Part shown: positions 55,001-64,000 of the stretch, in pieces
Layout: every line of letters begins with the position of its first letter
Position numbering within the stretch: the stretch's first letter is position 1
Assembly (NCBI RefSeq): GCF_009914755.1
Contig: NC_060925.1
Length of the DNA stretch: 64,000 nt
DNA from: the human T2T-CHM13v2.0 reference genome, Homo sapiens
Direction: 5' to 3' (one strand)
Translations under genes and position numbers: made by a program
The notes under the pieces: model-generated
Seen by the model: only the letters and a program-made list of their open reading frames with translations
What the model was told of the DNA's origin: nothing
Databases searched by the model: none

Positions 55001-56573
55001 GATATCATACTACTTAACTGCAAAATTTACTACAAAGCTATACAGCATGATACTGTCGTAAAACAGACACAGAAACCAATGGAACAGAATAGAGAACCCA
55101 GAAATAAATCCACCTATTTACTGCCAACGGGTTTTCAACAAAGTCACCAAAAACAAAGAGTGGGAAAAGGACATCCTCTTCAATAAATGGTGCTGGGGAA
55201 ACTGGCTATCCATGTGCAAATGAATGAAAATAGACCCCCGTCTCTCACCATATACAAAAATCCACTCAAAATGGACTAAACTCTTCAACGTAAGACCCAA
55301 AACTATGAAAATACTAGAAGTAAACCTAGGAGACGTGCTTCAGGACATTGGTCTGGGCAAATGGAATTACATCAAACTAAAATGCCCTTTCGCAGCAAAA
55401 GAAACTACCAACAAAGTGGAGAGACGACCTACAGAATGGAAAAATACTTGCAAGGTATTCATCCAAGAAATGTTTAATACCTAGAATATATAAGAAAATC
55501 AACTCAATGGCCCCAAATAATCCAATTAAAACAGGTGCAAATGGTCTGGACAGACATTTCTCAAAAGAAGACATACAAATAGCCAACAAGTACACGAAAA
55601 AATGCTCAACATTGCTAATCATCAGACAAATGCAAACAAAAGCCACAATATTATTTTTTCCCAGTTAAAATATGTTATAAAAATGACAAAAAATAACAAA
55701 TGCTTACAAGGATGCAGAGAAAAGGGAATTCTTATACACTGTTGGTAGGAATGTAAATTAGCATACCATTATGGAAAAAAGTATGAAGGTCACTTAAAAA
55801 AACTAAAAAGAGAACTACCATATGATTCAGCAATCCCACTACTGGGTACATATATCCAGACGTTTTGAAATCAGTACGTTGAAGAGATATCTGCACTCCC
55901 ATGTTTATTGCAGTACTATTTACAATAGCTAAGATATAGAATCAACCTAAGTGCTCATTAGCAAAGGAATAGATAAAGAAAATTTGATATATATATATAT
56001 CATATATCACATATATAAATATATAATGAAATACTATTCAGCCATGAAAAGGAATAAAACTCTGTCTTTTGAAGCAACATGGATTAGCCTAGAGGGCATT
56101 ATGTTTAGCCCGGAAGACATTATGTTAAGTGAAATAAGCCTGGCACAGAAAGATAAATATTACCTGTTCTGACTCATATGTGGAAGCTAAACCAGTTGAT
56201 CTCATGAAAGTAGAAGGTCGAATAGTGGTTACTGGAGTCTTGGAAGGATAGCAGGGAGAAGGGGATAGGGAGAGGCTGGTTAACAGATACAAAATCACAG
56301 ATAGGTAAGAAGAATAAATTCCTGTGTTTTATAGTACTGTATGGTGACTATAGTTAACAACAATTTATTATATGTTTTCAAATAGCTAGAAGAAAGGATT
56401 TTGAATGTTCCCAACACAAAGAAATGATACAGGTTGGTGGTAATGGATTTGCTAATTACACTGATTTGATACTCACACATTTTACATATGTATTGAAATA
56501 TCTCTCTGTATCCCATAATAGGTATAAATATTATGTGTTGATTGATTAAAAATAAAATATTAAAAAGTTAAAA
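52011..56573 (+). mobile_element. L1MA (L1MA5/6-like), internally deleted, inserted into an older L1M ORF1
   Basis: ORF1 remnant (52474-52728, KEFKIMMLRKLSKIEENT), ORF2 remnants, L1MA 3'UTR and A tail; TSD aaaaggct at 52003-52010 and 56574-56581. Confidence 0.88.
54655..54947 (-). mobile_element. AluS inserted in L1MA ORF2
   Basis: Full Alu; near-TSD tagacaaagcaat / tagacaaatcaat. Confidence 0.92.
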
Positions 56574-57199
56574 AAAAGGCTCACCACATGCTGGTGGAAA
56601 AACCCAGATCAAGGTGCAATCTCATGAAGCATTCAAATTCCAAAAATAAAAAGGAAACAAAAATTTCCAGAGACCAATAAAATAAGTCACATAGAAAATA
56701 CAGAATATCACTGCAGTATTCTGCAACATTATAGTAAACTAAAAAGCTAAGAATGGTACCTTCCAAATTATGAGTAAAGTTATTTCTAATCCAGAATTCT
56801 ATGCTAAGTTATATTATCGGTTGCCTGTAAAGAAAGAATACAAACATTTTCTGGATTTGCAAGGATTCAAAACTTTAACTTCCTATATCAGGAAGCTATT
56901 GAGTAATATAGTTCCAGCAAAAAGAAAGTAAACAGACAACAGCAACAAGAATGGAAGGCATGGGATTCAGGAAATGAGGATGTAGAGGTATATGAAAAGC
57001 TCTAGGCTGATAGCAGGGCAGGAGGTCCTTGAGCATAAATATGTATGTGTGTGTGCATAAAATATATATGTATGTGTACCATATATATGTATATATTCAT
57101 GTAGCAAAGACGTCAGCATGAGGAAGATTAATGACATATAGAAAACTAAATAGACAAGCAAAGGAATTACTGAATCTAGGAAGAATGAAAGACTATGGA

Positions 57200-57860
57200 T
57201 ATTTTTGAAAATAGAACCAACATGATTTGCTGATAGATTATTATGTATTGATGTGAAGATAAAGATAATTAAATTCAAATAATATTTTATATATATATAT
57301 AAAACATGTTAAGTGTTTAATTGGAAATATGATTGTGAAATTCATTTGAGTATTGTCTGTGTATAATTGGTATTTGAAGTAAAATATCACCAAGGGCGTG
57401 AGCGTAGATACAGGAAAGTCCTCTAAAGAGAGTTCCAGAGCACTCCAACAATAAGTGTTCAAAGGTAAGAGGAGGGCACAGAAAAAGGATACAGAAGAAA
57501 TAGTCAGGGATATGGGAGGAAAACCCGGAGAATGTGGAGTCCTCTAAATGAAAAGAGAGTGATCAACTGTGTCAAATCCTGCTTGTATGTCAAATACAAT
57601 GAAGACAGAATTTAGCTTTGTTTAAAAAGACAGAGGTCCTTGGAGACCTTAACAAGAAAAGTTGCAAAGTAATGATGAGAGTGAAGGCCTGACAGATATA
57701 TTTCCAGGAAATAATAGCAGAATAGGATTTGGAGGCATGAGCCTAGACAAGTCTTTTAAGGAGTTTTGCCAAAAAGGAGAGCAGGACATGAGACCATCGC
57801 CACAGAAGAAATTGTGATCAAGAGAGTTTTTAAATGGAAACAATAGCATGTCCACAAGAT
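57200..57860 (-). mobile_element. L2 fragment
   Basis: gagtgatcaactgtgtcaaatcctgct...ttttaaggagttttgcc. Confidence 0.55.
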
Positions 57861-58299
57861 GAAATGAATGCTAGAGCACAGAGACACACATTAATAATGG
57901 AACGGATGGGAGAAGTCAAGTTCACAGCCTGTCTCACCAGGCACCACGACATCTCTTTTGGGAAAGTGTTCTCTACCCATTTCTAGCCTTTGTCAATACT
58001 GAGCTCCTCCCAAATTAGAGGATTTTTCTCTCCTCAGCCATTTTACAGCATTTTCTTGTTACCTCTGTCATTCAATTCCTTAAGGTCTAGCTTGTATTAG
58101 AATTATTATGTCTTGTCTGAAAATATAACTTCCCAGTGTACCATACACTCCCCAAGGGCCAGAACCTTTTGCACCTTTACATCATCCATTGATCCCACAG
58201 TATACATATTTTACATGTAGTAGATGCTCAGCAAAAGTTATTTTGAGTAATTGAATCTTTGATGTTTTTCTAGCGTTCCTTAGCTTACAACAACAATAA

Positions 58300-58810
58300 T
58301 AATATCCACAACCCTTTTGAACACTTACGATATTGCAGGCAGACTGCTATGATGTTTTATACATGTTTTCGTATTTGTGAATAAATTACCCTGTGAGGTA
58401 TTATACTTCCTGTAGAAAAACTAACAGACGTCTCTAACATAAAAGGGAAAGTAAGTGACTTAGCCTGAATTAAAATTGAGGGTTCTGTGGCTGCAGTCCT
58501 GCCTGCTTATGCACCATGCTATATTGTGCCTTAGAATTTCACTTACTCCTGTCACCTGAGACAGGAGTTGAGGAGTGTCTCCTCAACTAAATGATATAAA
58601 TTCCTGGAACATTAGGATTATGTGCCACAATTACTAGCCACAGAATTAACTATACTCTGAACAACTTAAATCTACTGAAGTCTTCACGTATTTATCAATA
58701 AAATGAGCATAATAATATCTACCTCATAGGTCTGTTGTCAGGATTAACTGAGATTATTAATGTAAACATGTTTAGCATCATCTCTGGAACATAGTAAGTG
58801 CTCGGTAAAG
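58300..58810. mobile_element. Two MIR remnants
   Basis: accctgtgaggtattatactt...; aataaaatgagcataataatatctacctcataggtctgttgtcaggattaactgagat. Confidence 0.6.
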
Positions 58811-59486
58811 ATGAAGTGGAAGTATTACTCTGTACATTTCACACTGGTATAGAGCAAATAGTGGGCAGGAAAATTCATCAAGTGATTGATAGTCAAACTT
58901 TTTTCAAACCTTCTAAAGTATTTGATGGATGTGGGGCAGTACTTGCAAAGTGAAAGGACCAATTATTTGCAGCTTGCACAAGGATCCCGTAGGCTTGGGA
59001 CATTCCTACTCTTTCTTCTGCTCACTTCAGCTATACAGCCCCTTTTCTGAATACATCAGGGGTGCTTCCACCTTATGGTGTTTGCATAGGCTGCTGCCTC
59101 TGCCTAGGTCTCTTCTTCCAGATTTCCACATGACTAACTCCTTCATCTCCTTCAGGTCTCAAGTGAAATGCCATCTTTTCAATTAAAAGTCTCTTGGCTA
59201 CATTTCCAAAACTGCAATTCCTTTCCTTAATATGGTACTCTCAAGGCATTTTACTTTGTCTAGTTTTCTCCTATAGCATTTAACTTAGTAAATAAACTTA
59301 CTTATTTTTATATTTATTGATTGTTCTTTCTCTTCCAACTCCCCAAATCACTTTACAATGTAAGCTCCATAGTGGCAGGAATTTTCGTCATTTTATTATT
59401 TGTGAAAATACATGAATCTTCATTTGACAGAAGAAGAATTTAAACCTTAGAAAGATCAAATTACTTATTAAAGGTGGTGCAGTTAC

Positions 59487-59841
59487 CAATAGGGTTTGGC
59501 TGTGTCCTCACCCAAATCTCATCTTGAATTCCTATGTGTTGTGGGGGGAGACCCAGTGGGAAATAATTGAATCATGGGAGCAGGTCTTTCTTGTGCTGTT
59601 CTCATGATAGTGAATAAATCTCACGAGATCTGATGGTTTTAAAAACAAGAGTTCCCCTGCACAAGCTCTCTCTTTGCTTGCTGCCACCCATACAAGATGT
59701 GACTTACTCCTCTTTGCCTTCTGCCATGATCGTGAGGCCTCCCCAGCCATGTGGAACTGTAAGTCCTGTATAAATTTTTCCTGTATAAATTACCCAGTCT
59801 CAGGTATGTCTTTATCAGCAGTGTGAAAACGGACTAATACA
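59487..59841 (+). mobile_element. THE1 (THE1A/B-like) solo LTR
   Basis: ggtttggctgtgtcctcacccaaatctcatcttgaatt...ggactaataca; 5-bp TSD gttac (59482-59486 and 59842-59846). Confidence 0.9.
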
Positions 59842-61059
59842 GTTACTAAGTGGCCCAACTCTCAAATGCATGATCATAACCCCTATGTTAAATTCACTCT
59901 GCTTATCATAAGCTACAAATATAATAATAGTAACAGGAAGAGTGCTAGACTCAATTAAGTTTAAGGCATGGCCTACACCTGTGAAGAGCTGAAAACACAG
60001 TGGAAGAATTGGCCAAGTGGTCAAGTTGTTACTTTGTAAGTTTCTTTGTTAGCACTGATGGTCACTAATGTTTGCTGCATATTGCCTTGTGATCACACCC
60101 AGGACCTCACCATTTTGGACCATGCAGCAAAAGTCTGCTGGCCTAGGCTCTGGAGCAATGGTGGATATGCACAGTCAACCGGGTGACAATTGTCACAATG
60201 AGTTTGGTGGGAAGGTTACTCACAACAGAAAAGAGTAAGATCCTGCAATAATTACCCCAGTCAGTTTTCTTTACATTAGGAGATAAAATTCTATGAGGGT
60301 GAATTCAAGGCATCAAGTAATCCATATATGATTTATTGTGCATGTGTGAACATAACTATTTTGTGCTTAAAGGAAATATGAAGCATGATTTCAAGATGAA
60401 TAAATTAGATGAACACAGTTTTTATCAGTGATTATCTAATAGTCACTATATTTTAGGTAATTTGAAGCAACACTTTTAAAACAGCAGCAGTATAACTATA
60501 TGTCTTTCTATGCACTCATCTGTCTGGTGGGAGAGAAGAACTAATGTTCTATAGATTACATCTTCTCAAGAAACTCACTAAAAGCCAATGAGGCAATGTT
60601 GATATTGCTAAACAAAGTAAAAATTTAAAAAGCAAATTGAAGAATGTAAGAACAGGAAATCTGTCCCGGAAATTGAGTGTTAGTTTAAGTGTTTCATTTG
60701 AACAGAAAATAAATATAAATGAGGGCAAAAGGAAATCATTTAATCAATGCATATATTCTTCAGAAAATTCTTTTCTTTCCTAGAGAACATCATAGACTTC
60801 TCTTTTATAAAATCTCTAACTCCTCTTCTTCCTTTCTGGAGAATTTATTCTTTCACATTGTTCTATACATCCACAAGCTATGCACTCTGTGAGTTTTGAA
60901 AGGTCATACTACACTAGCAACACCTCCCAGTTTCTACCACTTCTTCTTTCAGAATTGCCATCACTAACCAGCTATTGTATACTGAATGATATCTACCAGT
61001 CTGTTCCTCTCCCTAATCCATTTAATAAACTGCTATCAATTAATTTTCATTCATTCCAA

Positions 61060-61221
61060 TTTTTTTTTTTTTAAGAGACAGGGTCTCACTCTGCTGCCTA
61101 GGCTGGAGTGCAGTGGCACGAACATAGCTTACCATAAACTCAAACTCTTGGCCTTAAGCAGTCCTCTCGCCTCAGCCTCCCAAAGTGCTAGGATTACAGG
61201 CATGAGCCACTGTGCCTTGCC
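61060..61221 (-). mobile_element. FRAM/Alu monomer
   Basis: Single-arm antisense Alu-like sequence. Confidence 0.8.
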
Positions 61222-61779
61222 TCATCTACTTTAATTCTGATGATAATAATCCTACGGTAAGGTGGTGAGAATGAAACACCTGGGTACACAAAAGAGGATG
61301 CACTTTCTGTAAGTAAAATTAAAATAATAAGATTCAGTTAAAATTGTTTTGCTTTTAATTATCACCAAGTACTAGCAATTCTAAACAAATTTTGTGATAC
61401 AATACTCTTCCCCACTGAGGTAGATTGTTTCCACTGCCTCTTACCTACTTGGTACACCTCTGTGTCACTCCTGTGCTCAGAAATATTCAATAGCTCCCTA
61501 TTGCCTAACTAGTGAAGACCAAATACCATGAGGTGGTTTCCACATATCTCTCCAGTCTCACATACCATTACTAACCCTACCTCAGTGACAGCCCCAGACT
61601 TTCTATAGGAAGGGCAGGGTGGCCAAAAATGTTGCTCAGGGATTTATCTTACAGCTGCATTTGCACATCAAACATCCCGTCCTTACTTAGAATATAAAGC
61701 GGTTTTTCATGGCTTTACGAAGGAGAGTAGTGTGAGGAGGGGATTGTATGTGGGGGACTTGATGCTTGCCAAGCAATTT

Positions 61780-62880
61780 TTATACTCCCACTGTCTATAC
61801 AGTGGCATATTTTCTGCAAATAATAATAGTCTTACTTCTTTCTTGATATTCATGGCTTTTTGTTTTTTCATTTTGTCCTACTTTAGACTTCTGTTACAAT
61901 TTTTAGTAGAAGTTATAAGAGCAAACCTCCTTGCTTTGTTCCTGATGTAGTGGTAAAAAATTTAACATTTATTGTTAACATAATATTAGCTATAGGGTTT
62001 TTGCAGATGCCCTTTTCAGTTTGAGGAAGTTCTCTTGTATTCCTAGTAGGCAGAGGGTATTTATCATGAAAGTGTTTTGAATTCTTTTTCAAAGTTTTTT
62101 GATCTATTGAGATGATTACCTGGGAATTCTTTTGTATTCTATTTATGTGGCTTACTACATTAACTGATTTTCAGATGTTAAACTAACTTTGCATTCCTGG
62201 GAGAAATCCAATCAGCTATGATGCATTACCCTATTATATATTGCAGGATTCCATTTGCTAATATGCTGTTAAGGTATTTTACATCTATGTTCATATGGAA
62301 TATTCTAATGGGCTTTTCTTTTAGTGCTTTGTTAGGTTATGGGATTAAAGTTAGGTAGCCCTCACAAAATGAGCTGAGAAATATATGCCCTTCCTTGGTT
62401 TTCTGAAAGAGTTTGTGTAGGACTAATATTATTTATTCCTTTATGTTAGTGGCAAATTCATTAGTGAAGCCATTTGGGACTGAGATTTTCCTTGTTGAAA
62501 GGTTTTTAGATATGAATTAAATGTCTTTAATATATGTGAGGCTATTTCTATTTTTTGTTGTTGGTTTTGTGTTCATTTGTTCATTTCATTCAGGACATCA
62601 GATTTATTAGCAGAGCTGTTCATAAAACTGTAATTTTTTAATGTTTATAAAATGTGCAACGACATTGATGTCTCTTTTTTAAATTTCTGATGTTGGTAAT
62701 TTGTGTTTTTGATGTTGGTACTTTGTGTTTTCTGCTCATCAACTTTATTAACCTTTTCAAAGGACAAACTATTGCGTTTGTTCATTTTCACTATTTTTTG
62801 TCCAATTTCTATTTGATTAATATCCACTCATGTTTTATTAATTATTTCTTTTCTTCTACTAATTTTGAATTGTTCTTTTT
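61780..62880 (-). mobile_element. Old L1M ORF2 fragment
   Basis: gtttgaggaagttctcttgtattcctagt, ttgcattcctgggagaaatcc, ggattccatttgctaatat. Confidence 0.75.
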
Positions 62881-64000
62881 TCCTTTCCCATCATCAGTCT
62901 TCTGGGTAAGAAAACAGCTTCACTCTAATGTCCTGCCTGCTACTCGTTGACTCACTCATTTTGCTATTCATCCCTGCTCATTTTTAGTTCCTTTCTTCCC
63001 AGATTCATAAGAGACTTAAACTCCCAGAAAAATGCTGGTGCTGGGGTGGGCAGAGGAAAAATTATGTTTGTGTAATTGAATATTGTAGTGAGTAGGCAAA
63101 AAGTGAAGGAAGGATAGACATTGATTGGCAAAATAGGTTGAGAAAGAGGGAGAAATGGAAACCATAACCTAGGAAGACAAACAACAAACGAGCTTGAGCT
63201 TTCAGTTTTTTCATGTATTTCATATGTTCAGCTTAAATTAGGCAGTAAAAGTCAAAAGAGACTCCAGGGGAATCAGGATCAATGGTTATGTGGCCACAGA
63301 ACTCTTGGGTCTCTCTAAATCCCAGGATAAAAGCTGACAGAACTAAACAGCAACACAACAACAGCAAAGCCATTAAAAATGATTATAATGAAACTAGGTG
63401 ACCAGCTGTGCCCAGAAGCCTCCCAAAAAAAGCAGGTAGGAACACACCACCAGCAGTCACAAAACCTGCATGGCATTAGCCCCTGTGTAGGAGAAAGCAG
63501 ATGATAGTAAAGGGGTGTCGGACTTTTGAAAGACCTGAAAACTGGAGAACCTAAAGTTCAGTGAGCCAATTTGAAAATGGGCGACTGAAAATAGAAGAGG
63601 TTCTGCTGATCCAATAGCCAGTGACTGCAAGAGTTCTGCAGTGGGAACTGAAGAGCCGAGGGCAATCTAGCTTCCACGGACTCTCAAAACTCACTGACCA
63701 GGGCACACTTCCACGGCAAGGCCCCACACTGAGGAGAAATCATTGAGAGTGGATGGGTAAGGGTGGTTAAAATAGGATATACTTAAAGATAAAAATTCTG
63801 AAGTTAGGGTGGGTTTCTCATTGGCAATGAAAAAAAAACCTCACATAGTTTATTTAAACATAATAATAATAAATAATACATTTCAAGGTTAAATTCAATT
63901 GAACACTTCGTGAGTGTTTCTGTTATTCACTGTAATATACACCTTGATATGCACAGTGCCTGGTATATAGGAACGTCCCTACATTTGTTTGGTGACTAGA

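Noticed and set aside
59738-59750. PRDM9 recombination-hotspot motif in THE1
   Set aside because: Reads CCTCCCCAGCCAT, the ordinary form, not the hotspot-associated CCNCCNTNNCCNC match
60100-60200. Minus-strand HCDNCHP peptide as a possible USH2A exon 11 or extra LE exon
   Set aside because: It lacks the 8-cysteine spacing and a convincing acceptor, and does not match usherin sequence as I recall it. Exon 11 must lie beyond the window.

Overview
Human (primate) genomic DNA from inside USH2A (usherin, chr1q41), which runs on the minus strand. Four coding exons are present with exact AG/GT boundaries: exon 12 (41252-41447, 196 nt), exon 13 (36934-37575, 642 nt), exon 14 (22300-22483, 184 nt) and exon 15 (7736-7899, 164 nt). 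Spliced together they read as one open frame of laminin-EGF (LE) repeats. The well-known disease positions in exon 13 (c.2276G, c.2299G, c.2802T) carry the reference allele. The other ~98% is intron, packed with Alu, L1, L2, MIR, ERV/MaLR LTRs and DNA-transposon fossils. Repeat family names are recalled from consensus sequences, not from a search. Nearly all other ORFs in the track are noise. I see no new multi-gene system. The best leads are small-scale: an in-frame cryptic acceptor 18 nt into exon 14; an open, in-frame MER94-derived candidate exon with a perfect donor at the LE10/FN3 junction; a (CT)24-driven candidate poison exon after exon 13; competing inverted Alu pairs around exons 12-13; an Alu carrying a patch copied from 1.3 kb away; and a dense CRX/MEF2/AP-1/ETS motif cluster in intron 13.
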